From an uncultured Porticoccus sp. (lineage in GTDB: Bacteria > Pseudomonadota > Gammaproteobacteria > Pseudomonadales > Porticoccaceae): a stretch of 64,000 nt of DNA. The stretch lies in the NCBI GenBank assembly GCA_963974675.1, contig CAXBDQ010000012.1, positions 6,354-70,353 of the forward strand, given 5' to 3'. Position 1 is the first letter of the stretch. Each line of letters begins with the position of its first letter. The translations under genes and the position numbers were made by a program. Positions 34,108 to 43,856 of the stretch are shown one piece after another. Under the pieces are notes generated by a model. It saw only the letters and a program-made list of their open reading frames with translations, was not told the origin of the DNA and did not search any database.

Positions 34108-35535
34108 CTATGAACGACCATAACTATCTTCCATCCTGACAATATCATCCTCTCCCAAGTAAGAACCGGATTGAACCTCAATCATCTCCAGTGGAATAGC
34201 ACCAGGATTCTCTAATCTATGTGTCTCACCAATGGGAATATAGGTTGATTCATTTTCTGAAAGAATAAATTCTTCCGCACCCTTAGTAACCCTAGCTGTA
34301 CCGCTCACTACAATCCAATGCTCAGCCCGATGGTGGTGCATTTGTAGTGATAGCTTGCCTCCCGGTTTTACCACAATCCGCTTGACCTGAAATCGTTCTC
34401 CAAAATCAATAGAATCATAAGAACCCCAAGGTCGGTAAACCTTTCTATGAAGGCTCACTTCAGATCGCCCCTGCTCCTTCAGTTGAGCCACTATCGCTTT
34501 TACATCCTGCACTCTTCCCTTATCAGCCACCATAATGGCATCGTCACTTTCTACAATCACCACACCGTCCAACCCCACCGTGGCTATCAATTTTTTGTCA
34601 CTCTGTATAAAACAGTTTCGACTATCTAGTGCCAACACATCCCCCTTTATGGCATTCCCATTGGCATCTTTATCAGACACCTCCCACAAGGCTAACCAGG
34701 AACCCACATCACTCCAGCCACAATCTATAGGCACAACGACAGCATCTTTCGTTTTTTCCATCACCGCATAATCAATAGAATCCTCAGGACAGCTCATAAA
34801 GGTGTCACTATCTGGACGAATAAAATCAATATCTACAGAGGCTTTAGACATCGCTTGCCGACACACCGCCAAAATATCAGGGCGCTGCGCCTCCAACTCC
34901 GATAAAAACTGGCGGGCCTTAAACATGAACATGCCACTGTTCCACAAATATTCACCGCAGGACAGGTAGTCTTCAGCTGTCGCTTGATCCGGTTTTTCAA
35001 CGAATCTGTCCACAACCATGGCTGCGCCATCATTCAAAATATCGCCTGTTCTTATATAGCCATAGCCGGTTTCTGGGGACTTTGGCACAATCCCAAAGGT
35101 AACCAACCGTCCCTGCTCAGCAAAGGGCAACGCGGAAGTTACAGCCTCTTCAAAGGCCTGCTTATCCCGGATTACATGATCTGCAGCCAATACCAGTAAT
35201 ACCGGCTCGCTGTGCGGATTATCTTTCATCGCCTGCAAGGCCGCCAAGGCCACTGCGGGTGCGGTATTCCTGCCCTCTGGCTCAAGAATAATATGACCGA
35301 ACTCAAATTGACCAAGACGCAGCTGTTCAGCAACAGTAAAACGATGCTCTTCACCACAGATAAATAGTGGCGGCAGATGATCTATACCATCCAAACGACC
35401 ACAGGTTTCCTGCAACATTGTCTGCTCACTAACAAGGGGTAAAAACTGTTTTGGGTGGAGCTGCCTAGAAAGAGGCCACAGACGCGTGCCCGAACCACCA
35501 GCCATAATTACAGGTACTATTTTCGACACCACCAT
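34108..35535 (-). CDS. manC: Mannose-1-phosphate guanylyltransferase / mannose-6-phosphate isomerase
   Basis: [52 protein letters not shown]. Confidence 0.95.
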   Translation of the reverse strand: MVVSKIVPVIMAGGSGTRLWPLSRQLHPKQFLPLVSEQTMLQETCGRLDGIDHLPPLFICGEEHRFTVAEQLRLGQFEFGHIILEPEGRNTAPAVALAALQAMKDNPHSEPVLLVLAADHVIRDKQAFEEAVTSALPFAEQGRLVTFGIVPKSPETGYGYIRTGDILNDGAAMVVDRFVEKPDQATAEDYLSCGEYLWNSGMFMFKARQFLSELEAQRPDILAVCRQAMSKASVDIDFIRPDSDTFMSCPEDSIDYAVMEKTKDAVVVPIDCGWSDVGSWLALWEVSDKDANGNAIKGDVLALDSRNCFIQSDKKLIATVGLDGVVIVESDDAIMVADKGRVQDVKAIVAQLKEQGRSEVSLHRKVYRPWGSYDSIDFGERFQVKRIVVKPGGKLSLQMHHHRAEHWIVVSGTARVTKGAEEFILSENESTYIPIGETHRLENPGAIPLEMIEVQSGSYLGEDDIVRMEDSYGRS

Positions 35536-35717
35536 TAACCCATTATCCCTGAACTAAGTTGCTTACCATTTGAGGGTCGACTAAAACATAAAGCTCTATA
35601 GTACGCAAAAGATTATCTTTTTTTGCATCAAAATAGCTCAAGCCAGAACCTCTCAAAAAATATAAATATTTGTATATAAAAATCAAACGGTTAATTACAT
35701 TTAAAACTTCAGTGCAA

Positions 35718-35746
35718 TTGATTACGCCTGCTGCTGGCTGTAGAAT
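35718..35746 (+). promoter_or_regulatory. sigma70 promoter of the wbpM-like gene
   Basis: TTGATT-N17-TAGAAT with an extended TG. Confidence 0.65.
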
Positions 35747-35833
35747 CATGCAAAATAGGCTCAACGTTCTACTAATATGGGTAACCACCGATTGCCATGC
35801 AGGATGCACTCTAGTTACAGGCAGGGAATCTAA

Positions 35834-37777
35834 ATGTTAAAAACCTTACTTGAATCAAAAAGATCAACAAAACGCATCATATCTCTACTTTATGATGTCT
35901 GCGCTATTACTCTCGCACTCTATTTTGCCGTCTGCCTTAGGCTAGGTTCATTCACCTTTGAGGTGACCAGTAAAGAGCTTACCAGCCTTGGCATCACTAT
36001 TATGGTATCAATAATAGTCTTTATTAAACTCGGCCTTTATCGAGCCATCCTTCGATATATGACCGTTCCCGCTATGACCTCAATTATGACGGGTGTATGT
36101 ATTTCTAGTATTGCCCTTGCTACCAGTAGTTTTTTCACCCACTCGTTTATTCCCCGCTCGGTTCCATTAATTTATATCTTTACAGCCTTGCTTTTTATAG
36201 GAACACCGCGTTTCCTGATACGCAGCATCATTACTTTACTCTATCAAGATAAAGGTCATCTTCGAGAAGCTGTGATTATTTATGGCGCTGGCTACACCGG
36301 ACATCAACTTGCCCTGTCCCTGCAAAATACACCCTTCAAACCTATTGCTTTTGTGGACGACAATCCAAAGCTTAAAGGAAGCTTGGTCGCCGGATTATTG
36401 GTGCATCGCCCTAAAAAAATAATGGAACTAGCCAAGAGTCACTCTGCCAAAAAAGTACTTTTAGCTCTAGGAAATGCCTCTCGTACACAACGAAAAGAAG
36501 TCATTAAAAAACTTGAGCCTTGCACCATTACAGTACAAACCATTCCAGACCTGAATGATATTCTCACCGGCAAGGCCAGAATAGAAGACATCAAAGATGT
36601 TGAAATCGATGATTTGCTTGGGCGAGATCCTATTGCTCCCAACGATGACCTATTGCACGCCTGCATCACAAATAAAGTTGTTATGGTCACTGGAGCCGGA
36701 GGTTCCATAGGCAGCGAACTTTGTCGCCAAATACTCCGCCAGAAACCCTCTCATCTTATTTTATTCGAACTCAACGAATACGGCCTCTACAAAATTGAAC
36801 AGGAACTACAACATATATTAAAAGACTCTTTGGAAAAAACTGAAATAGTTTCACTGATTGGATCAGTCCAAAATCAACGTCGGCTTGAATCTGTAATGAG
36901 CACATTTGGTGTACAGACGATTTACCACGCGGCAGCCTACAAGCATGTACCACTTGTTGAGCACAATATTGTTGAAGGTGTCAGTAATAATGTATTGGGT
37001 ACTTGGTATTGTGCAGAGGCGGCCATTAAAACAGGCGTTGAATCATTTGTTCTTGTATCCACCGACAAAGCCGTTAGGCCTACTAATATCATGGGGGCAT
37101 CCAAACGGATGGCTGAGCTCGTCCTACAGGGATTGGCAGAACACCAGGACATAACTCGTTTTACTATGGTACGTTTTGGCAATGTCCTAGGGTCTTCTGG
37201 ATCTGTTGTTCCATTATTTAGAGAACAGATTAAACAAGGGGGACCTGTAACCGTTACTCACCCCGACATTATTCGCTACTTTATGACGACTTCAGAAGCT
37301 GCAGAACTAGTGATACAAGCAGGATCTATGGGAGAAGGCGGTGATGTGTTTGTGTTAGATATGGGGGAACCTGTAAAAATTATCGACCTTGCCACAAGAA
37401 TGATTCACCTCTCTGGACTGGAAATCAAAGATGAGAAACACCCCAATGGTGATGTTGAAATCCAGTTTACCGGCCTTAGACCAGGGGAAAAACTATTCGA
37501 AGAGTTACTCATTGGCAATAACGTGAGCGGTACAGATCATTCCCGTATCATGAGGGCTGAAGAAACTTCACTTAGCTGGCAAGAAACCCAAATATTATTG
37601 AATGAATTGTATAACGCCTGCGATGAGTTTAAATGTGATTCCGTACAGAACCTGCTATTAAGAGCCCCTACTGACTACACACCCTCCATTAAAGAATTAC
37701 ATGATAGAGTATGGTTATCCAAGCCAAAACAGCCTACGAAATCAGATAATAATGTAATCAAACTTGGAACAATTTAG
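35834..37777 (+). CDS. Membrane-anchored UDP-GlcNAc 4,6-dehydratase (WbpM/PglF/CapD family)
   Basis: 4 N-terminal TMs, GAGGSIGSELCRQ, HAAAYKHVP, STDKAVRPTNIMGASKR, RFGNVLGSSGSV. Confidence 0.94.
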   Translation: MLKTLLESKRSTKRIISLLYDVCAITLALYFAVCLRLGSFTFEVTSKELTSLGITIMVSIIVFIKLGLYRAILRYMTVPAMTSIMTGVCISSIALATSSFFTHSFIPRSVPLIYIFTALLFIGTPRFLIRSIITLLYQDKGHLREAVIIYGAGYTGHQLALSLQNTPFKPIAFVDDNPKLKGSLVAGLLVHRPKKIMELAKSHSAKKVLLALGNASRTQRKEVIKKLEPCTITVQTIPDLNDILTGKARIEDIKDVEIDDLLGRDPIAPNDDLLHACITNKVVMVTGAGGSIGSELCRQILRQKPSHLILFELNEYGLYKIEQELQHILKDSLEKTEIVSLIGSVQNQRRLESVMSTFGVQTIYHAAAYKHVPLVEHNIVEGVSNNVLGTWYCAEAAIKTGVESFVLVSTDKAVRPTNIMGASKRMAELVLQGLAEHQDITRFTMVRFGNVLGSSGSVVPLFREQIKQGGPVTVTHPDIIRYFMTTSEAAELVIQAGSMGEGGDVFVLDMGEPVKIIDLATRMIHLSGLEIKDEKHPNGDVEIQFTGLRPGEKLFEELLIGNNVSGTDHSRIMRAEETSLSWQETQILLNELYNACDEFKCDSVQNLLLRAPTDYTPSIKELHDRVWLSKPKQPTKSDNNVIKLGTI

Positions 37778-37852
37778 TATTTTCATACAGCCGTTCACGC
37801 TGAGCTGACGGATAGCTCCTCGAATTCCAGACCACTAGATAACCTATACAAG

Positions 37853-38452
37853 ATGCAACCTTTTCTGTTCAGAATTATCGATATACTGACTTCACTCGTC
37901 GGTATTATTTGTGGCCTACCGATAATTTTCGCCATTTATATCGTTGGCCTTTTCGACACCGGCTCACCCTTATTTTTCCAGCAACGTGTCGGCAGAAACA
38001 GGAAATTATTTACCCTGGTAAAATTTCGGACCATGTCCATTAATACCGATTCTGTCGGAACCCACTTAGTAGACACTACATCCATAACCAAGATCGGTAG
38101 TTTCTTGCGAAAAACCAAACTAGATGAATTGCCACAATTATTCAATGTACTACTCGGGGACATGAGCCTAGTTGGCCCAAGACCTTGCCTATCCAACCAG
38201 ACTGAACTAGTAGAAGAAAGAGACAGGCGAGGGGTATATAAGGTCTGCCCAGGCATTACTGGTTTAGCCCAGGTTAATGACGTAGATATGTCAACGCCAC
38301 GCAAACTGGCCCGCTACGACGCGCTAATGATCAACCGTATGAGTATAAAGTTATACGTTAAACTGATAATTAACACGCTTCTTGGACAAGGTCTCGGAGA
38401 CCGGGTAATAAAGCATAAAGTAAGCACATCTGTGCAAAAAAATACCAGTTAA
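37853..38452 (+). CDS. Small monotopic phosphoglycosyltransferase (bacterial sugar transferase)
   Basis: KFRTM, LRKTKLDELPQLFNVLLGDMSLVGPRP, PGITGLAQV. Confidence 0.92.
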   Translation: MQPFLFRIIDILTSLVGIICGLPIIFAIYIVGLFDTGSPLFFQQRVGRNRKLFTLVKFRTMSINTDSVGTHLVDTTSITKIGSFLRKTKLDELPQLFNVLLGDMSLVGPRPCLSNQTELVEERDRRGVYKVCPGITGLAQVNDVDMSTPRKLARYDALMINRMSIKLYVKLIINTLLGQGLGDRVIKHKVSTSVQKNTS

Positions 38453-38550
38453 TATCTCTTTCTATCGCCACTACAGCTCCCTTAACAATACCCCCTACTC
38501 TCCCTGAACTATCAACCAAGTCAGTAACAAACAATACAAATGTTGGCTTT

Positions 38551-38559
38551 TGGTATAAT
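38551..38559 (+). promoter_or_regulatory. Extended -10 promoter upstream of the rml-wzm operon
   Basis: Perfect TGnTATAAT about 250 nt upstream of rfbB. Confidence 0.55.
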
Positions 38560-38808
38560 AACGTCGTCTTGGGAGGCGGAGGTAACAGACAAATCCCAAA
38601 GTCATACCCACATAATCAGCTATCCACTTGGGACGGGGACAATTGACATCCAATACACAGGCTTTCTCAAAAAATGGCCATAATCATCACCCTAAATACC
38701 AATAACTACTGAAATAAATTACAATACGCTTCTTTTTAGTGCTCCGGTTCTCCATGGTATTTTGGATATAACTGGTGGGCCCTCTGATTGACTTGACAAG
38801 GACTTCGT

Positions 38809-39867
38809 ATGATCTTTGTAACTGGCGGTGCAGGTTTTATTGGCGCCAACTTTGTGATGGACTGGTTACGACAGAATGATGAACACATTGTTAACATTGA
38901 TGCCCTGACCTATGCGGGAAATCTTAAAAGCCTTTCCTCCCTGCAGGATGATGACCGTCATATCTTTGTTAGGGGTGATATTGGTGATAAAAACCTAACA
39001 ACTGAACTCCTAGAGAAATACCAACCGCGTGCTGTTCTCAATTTTGCAGCAGAATCGCATGTTGATCGCTCCATACATGGACCAGAAGCTTTTGTGCAAA
39101 CAAATGTAGTGGGAACATTCCATCTTTTAGAATCTGTTCGCACCTACTGGGACAAACTAAAGGAAGGCTCAAAGACTAATTTTCGATTTTTGCACGTCTC
39201 CACTGATGAGGTGTATGGCTCCTTAACTAAGGACGAACCAGCCTTCAGTGAAACCCATCCCTATAAACCTAATAGCCCCTACTCAGCGAGTAAAGCTGCT
39301 AGTGACCATTTAGTCCGATCCTATCACCACACCTATGGACTACCAGTACTCACCACCAACTGCTCAAATAATTATGGTCCCTATCATTTTCCAGAAAAAC
39401 TAATCCCTCTAGTGATCATCAATGCATTGGCCAATAAAGCACTGCCAATCTATGGAGATGGTCAGCAGATTAGGGACTGGCTATTTGTAAAAGACCACTG
39501 CACTGCTATTCGGTCCGTACTGAAAATAGGAAAGTTAGGAGAAACCTATAATATTGGTGGTTGGAACGAAAAAACTAATATCGAGATTGTTCATACCATT
39601 TGCGCCTTACTGGATGAATTAAGACCTCGTAGTGACGGAAAAAAATACAACGAACAAATTGCTTTCGTAGCAGATCGGCCCGGCCATGATCAACGCTATG
39701 CCATTGATGCTGGAAAAATTGAACGTGAACTTAACTGGAAACCTGTAGAAACCTTTGAAACAGGTATTCGAAAAACCGTACAGTGGTATCTGGATAATCA
39801 AGACTGGGTGGCTAACGTACAGTCGGGAGCCTATCTCGAATGGGTTGAAGAAAACTATACGGTATAA
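38809..39867 (+). CDS. rfbB: dTDP-glucose 4,6-dehydratase
   Basis: GGAGFIG, FAAESHVDRS, HVSTDEVYG, YSASKA, NCSNNYGP. Confidence 0.98.
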   Translation: MIFVTGGAGFIGANFVMDWLRQNDEHIVNIDALTYAGNLKSLSSLQDDDRHIFVRGDIGDKNLTTELLEKYQPRAVLNFAAESHVDRSIHGPEAFVQTNVVGTFHLLESVRTYWDKLKEGSKTNFRFLHVSTDEVYGSLTKDEPAFSETHPYKPNSPYSASKAASDHLVRSYHHTYGLPVLTTNCSNNYGPYHFPEKLIPLVIINALANKALPIYGDGQQIRDWLFVKDHCTAIRSVLKIGKLGETYNIGGWNEKTNIEIVHTICALLDELRPRSDGKKYNEQIAFVADRPGHDQRYAIDAGKIERELNWKPVETFETGIRKTVQWYLDNQDWVANVQSGAYLEWVEENYTV

Positions 39868-39873
39868 AAACCA

Positions 39874-40776
39874 GTGAAAATTCTATTACTCGGTAAACGA
39901 GGACAAGTGGGCTGGGAGCTGCAGCGCAGCCTCACACCCTTAGGTGAAATTGTTGCGCTCAGCCGTGACAGCCAAAACTATTGTGGTGATCTCACTAATC
40001 TACAAGGTTTAGCCGAGACTGTACGGCAAATTAAACCGAATATTATCGTTAATGCTGCAGCTTACACGGCGGTTGATCAGGCTGAAGGCGAACCAGAACT
40101 TGCACGAATTCTTAATACAGATGCTCCCGCTGTATTGGGACGTGAAGCTGAGTTACTGGGCGCCTGGCTGATACATTATTCTACCGACTATGTGTTTGAT
40201 GGCAGTGGGGCTACGCCTTGGCTGGAAACTGACGCCACCGGACCTCTGAGCATCTATGGTGCCACAAAACTTGCCGGTGAGCAGGAGATTCAAGAATCGG
40301 GGTGCAACTACCTAATTTTTCGCACTAGTTGGGTTTATAGCACTAGAGGGAATAATTTCGCCAAAACAATGCTGCGCCTTGCCATGGAATGTGACAACCT
40401 TACTGTGATCCACGATCAAATCGGCGCGCCCACCGGGGCTGACCTACTGGCAGATATCACTGCCCATACGATACGCAGTGTGCAGAATCAGCCCGAATTA
40501 GGTGGGCTATATCACCTCGTAGCGGGAGGCGAAACATCGTGGCACGGTTATGCACATTTCGTCATAAATCATGCCCTTAATACAGGCTGTAAACTCAAAA
40601 CGTCACCCAATTCAATCGAACCGGTACCCAGCCATGTATTTCCCACTGCAGCGCGACGGCCAAAGAATTCGCGACTGGATACCGAGAAATTACAAGCTAA
40701 CTTTGGCCTTACAATTCCTCATTGGCAGATAGGTGTTACCCGGATGCTGACAGAAATTTTAGAGAAAGAATCATGA
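39874..40776 (+). CDS. rfbD: dTDP-4-dehydrorhamnose reductase
   Basis: [29 protein letters not shown]. Confidence 0.97.
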   Translation: MKILLLGKRGQVGWELQRSLTPLGEIVALSRDSQNYCGDLTNLQGLAETVRQIKPNIIVNAAAYTAVDQAEGEPELARILNTDAPAVLGREAELLGAWLIHYSTDYVFDGSGATPWLETDATGPLSIYGATKLAGEQEIQESGCNYLIFRTSWVYSTRGNNFAKTMLRLAMECDNLTVIHDQIGAPTGADLLADITAHTIRSVQNQPELGGLYHLVAGGETSWHGYAHFVINHALNTGCKLKTSPNSIEPVPSHVFPTAARRPKNSRLDTEKLQANFGLTIPHWQIGVTRMLTEILEKES

Positions 40777-41660
40777 ATAAAAGAAAAGGAATTATCCTTG
40801 CTGGCGGCTCCGGCACTCGATTACATCCAATTACTCTTGGTGTATCCAAACAATTGCTGCCTATCTACGATAAACCAATGATTTACTATTCATTATCAGT
40901 ATTAATGTTGGCAGGCATGCGTGAAATCCTCATTATTTCAACACCAGACGATTTACCGAGTTACCGCAAGCTGCTAGGAAGCGGCAGTAGATTTGGAATT
41001 GAACTAAGCTACGCTGAACAGCCATCCCCAGATGGATTGGCGCAAGCTTTTATAATTGGCCAAGAATTTATTGGAACTGACAACTGCTGCCTGATTCTTG
41101 GAGATAATATTTATTACGGACAGCATTTCTCTGACAACCTGCGTGCAGCGAATACTATTGAACATGGCGCAACAGTCTTTGGCTACCACGTCTCCGATCC
41201 AGAACGGTTCGGTGTAGTAGAATTCGACAATCATGGCAAAGCCATCAGCATTGAAGAAAAACCCTCCCGACCAAAATCAAGTTATGCGGTTACCGGCTTA
41301 TATTTTTACGATAACCGCGTAGTCGATATTGCAAAAACCATCCAGCCTTCGGCCCGAGGAGAACTTGAAATCACTGATATAAATCGCTTCTATCTCGAGG
41401 AACAAAGCCTCAATGTAGAAATACTTGGTCGTGGCTTTGCATGGTTAGACACAGGGACACATGAATCACTTATGGAAGCGAGTCAGTTTGTTCATACCAT
41501 AGAGCGTCGCCAAGGATTCAAGGTGGCCTGCCTGGAAGAAATCGCCTACAACAATGGCTGGCTCAAGGCAGATCAACTAGCAGAACAGGCTGAGCGCTTA
41601 AAGAAGACGGGCTATGGGCAGTATTTATTTGCTTTGCTTAAAGAAGGAGGCCTTGTATGA
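40773..41660 (+). CDS. rfbA: Glucose-1-phosphate thymidylyltransferase
   Basis: [36 protein letters not shown]; ATG overlaps the rfbD stop. Confidence 0.98.
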   Translation: MNKRKGIILAGGSGTRLHPITLGVSKQLLPIYDKPMIYYSLSVLMLAGMREILIISTPDDLPSYRKLLGSGSRFGIELSYAEQPSPDGLAQAFIIGQEFIGTDNCCLILGDNIYYGQHFSDNLRAANTIEHGATVFGYHVSDPERFGVVEFDNHGKAISIEEKPSRPKSSYAVTGLYFYDNRVVDIAKTIQPSARGELEITDINRFYLEEQSLNVEILGRGFAWLDTGTHESLMEASQFVHTIERRQGFKVACLEEIAYNNGWLKADQLAEQAERLKKTGYGQYLFALLKEGGLV

Positions 41661-42202
41661 AGGTTACATCAACCAATATCCCCGACATTCTTATCCTTGA
41701 ACCCAAAGTGTTTGATGATAACCGTGGTTTTTTCTTTGAAAGCTTCAATCAACAAGCTTTTAATGACGCCGTTGGCCAAGAAGTGCTGTTCGTACAGGAC
41801 AACCACAGTCATTCTACAAAAGGCGTATTGCGTGGTCTTCATTATCAAATTCAACAGCCACAAGGAAAACTTATTCGTGTTATTCAAGGCGCAGTATATG
41901 ATGTGGCCGTTGATTTACGTAAATCTTCCTCCACATTTGGACAGTGGGTGGGAACTGAGCTAAGTGATGATAATCATCGGCAGATTTGGATACCTGCAGG
42001 CTTTGCTCATGGATTTTTCGTGCTGAGTGAAAATGCCGACCTTTTATATAAAACAACAAATTACTATGCCCCACAACATGAGCGCTGTCTTGCTTGGAAC
42101 GATACAACTATCGGTATTCATTGGCCTATTTCAAGCAAACCTATTTTGTCCGAAAAAGATAGCCAGGGCGAACTTCTAGCAAATTTGGAGTATTTTTTAT
42201 GA
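41657..42202 (+). CDS. rfbC: dTDP-4-dehydrorhamnose 3,5-epimerase
   Basis: [28 protein letters not shown]. Confidence 0.97.
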   Translation: MKVTSTNIPDILILEPKVFDDNRGFFFESFNQQAFNDAVGQEVLFVQDNHSHSTKGVLRGLHYQIQQPQGKLIRVIQGAVYDVAVDLRKSSSTFGQWVGTELSDDNHRQIWIPAGFAHGFFVLSENADLLYKTTNYYAPQHERCLAWNDTTIGIHWPISSKPILSEKDSQGELLANLEYFL

Positions 42203-42314
42203 TACTCCTACCAATGGGATTCTCTCTCTCTCCCTCACAAATTAAAAAAATATTAACACAAAAATATACCCCTAAAGCAGGCCTACTGAGCCCTTTGAGA
42301 GAGTCAATATTCCA

Positions 42315-43103
42315 ATGAAACCCCGTACATATTCATTTTTTGGCGAATTATCTTCCAGTAGAAATGTCCTGTGGCAACTCGTTGCCCAGCAATTAATATT
42401 GCGTTATAGGCGCACAGCACTTGGATATTTGTGGACTCTAATCAACCCTCTATTAATGATGTCTATCATGGCATTGGTATTTTCCACGTTATTTAATGCA
42501 GACTTAAAAACCTTCGCAGTTTTTTTATTCACTGGCATGATTCCTTGGAATTTTTTTAGCTCCGTCGTCACCCAATCTGGCACATCTTTTATCAACAATG
42601 AAGGACTTATTAAGAAAATTTATCTTCCAAAAATAATTTTTCCATTAAGCATAACCTCTGCCTTGCTGATAGATACTATTTTTTCATTTTTTGCCTTATT
42701 TATTATTATCTTGATTCTAGACAGCCCTTTATCATGGGCTCTCTTATTTATTCCTATCGCCTTTTTATTACTATTTGTTTTTACATTAGGAATAGGTCTA
42801 ATTACTTCAATAGCAACAGTATATTTTCGAGATCTTCAGTATGTAATTTTGATTATCATGCAGGCATTGTTTTTTTTGACGCCCATCTTATATAAACCTG
42901 AGGCTCTAAAGGGAAAGGTAGCCTGGCTTATAACATTAAACCCAGTCGTACCATTTATTGACCTCTTTCGAGCACCGCTTTATTTAGGAAGTCTACCAAG
43001 CCAAAGTACCATCGTACTTTCGATACTTTTTTCCTTGGCTAGCATTACCGTTGGCTTGATAATTTTTCTCTGGCAAGAGAAAAAAATTGTTTTTAGATTA
43101 TAG
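42315..43103 (+). CDS. wzm: Polysaccharide ABC transporter permease Wzm
   Basis: RYRRTALGYLWTLINPL, YFRDLQY, LNPV; 6 TMs. Confidence 0.93.
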   Translation: MKPRTYSFFGELSSSRNVLWQLVAQQLILRYRRTALGYLWTLINPLLMMSIMALVFSTLFNADLKTFAVFLFTGMIPWNFFSSVVTQSGTSFINNEGLIKKIYLPKIIFPLSITSALLIDTIFSFFALFIIILILDSPLSWALLFIPIAFLLLFVFTLGIGLITSIATVYFRDLQYVILIIMQALFFLTPILYKPEALKGKVAWLITLNPVVPFIDLFRAPLYLGSLPSQSTIVLSILFSLASITVGLIIFLWQEKKIVFRL

Positions 43104-43109
43104 GTAAAC

Positions 43110-43856
43110 ATGTCAAATATTAGCGTTGAAAATCTATCGATTAAGTTTCGTATTTATCACGATAGTTCGCCGTCACTAAAGGATTATTTCGCCAATCTTT
43201 TTCGTAGAAAAAAACAATCAGCTTATTCTGATTTCTGGGCGGTAAAGGATGTTTCATTTGAAATAAAAGCAGGTGATAGAGTAGGTATCATTGGCCATAA
43301 TGGTGCTGGAAAAAGTACACTACTCAAGACATTGTGTCGCATTTATGAATCTTCGTATGGCTCAATTACTGTAAACGGGCGTCTTGCTCCACTCCTAGAA
43401 ATTGGGGCCGGCTTCCACCCAGAGTTTACTGGAAGAGAAAATATCTATCTTAATGGTGCGATTCTGGGTTACACCAAGCAACAGCTAAAGAAAATTGAAC
43501 CAGAAGTCATTGCTTTTTCCGAGTTAGAAGAATTTATAGACACCCCTGTTAAGTACTACTCGACAGGGATGTACATGCGCCTAGCATTCTCTCTCGCCAC
43601 AGCAATGCATACCGATATACTAATCTTAGATGAGGTTTTTGCGGGTGGTGATGCAGCCTTTATGGCAAAGGCAAAGGCTCGTATGCATGAAATGATTGAT
43701 AAGGCCAACATCATGATTATGGTGTCACATGATCATGAATTAATTAAAGCACTTTGTAATCGTGTGATATGGCTGGATCACGGCAAACTGGTAGGAGATG
43801 GCTCACCTGAGGAGATAGTGCCGCGTTATTTGTTAGGAAAAATCAATGAACAATAA
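43110..43856 (+). CDS. wzt: Polysaccharide ABC transporter ATPase Wzt, no C-terminal CBM
   Basis: GHNGAGKST, YSTGMYMRLAF, ILILDE; 248 aa. Confidence 0.94.
   Translation: MSNISVENLSIKFRIYHDSSPSLKDYFANLFRRKKQSAYSDFWAVKDVSFEIKAGDRVGIIGHNGAGKSTLLKTLCRIYESSYGSITVNGRLAPLLEIGAGFHPEFTGRENIYLNGAILGYTKQQLKKIEPEVIAFSELEEFIDTPVKYYSTGMYMRLAFSLATAMHTDILILDEVFAGGDAAFMAKAKARMHEMIDKANIMIMVSHDHELIKALCNRVIWLDHGKLVGDGSPEEIVPRYLLGKINEQ

Noticed and set aside
35543-35809. 88-aa minus-strand ORF upstream of manC
   Set aside because: Spans the divergent promoter region, with no motifs or RBS
38572-38586. RfaH ops/JUMPstart element (ggaggcggaggtaac)
   Set aside because: Does not match GGCGGTAG; kept only as part of the structured-leader finding
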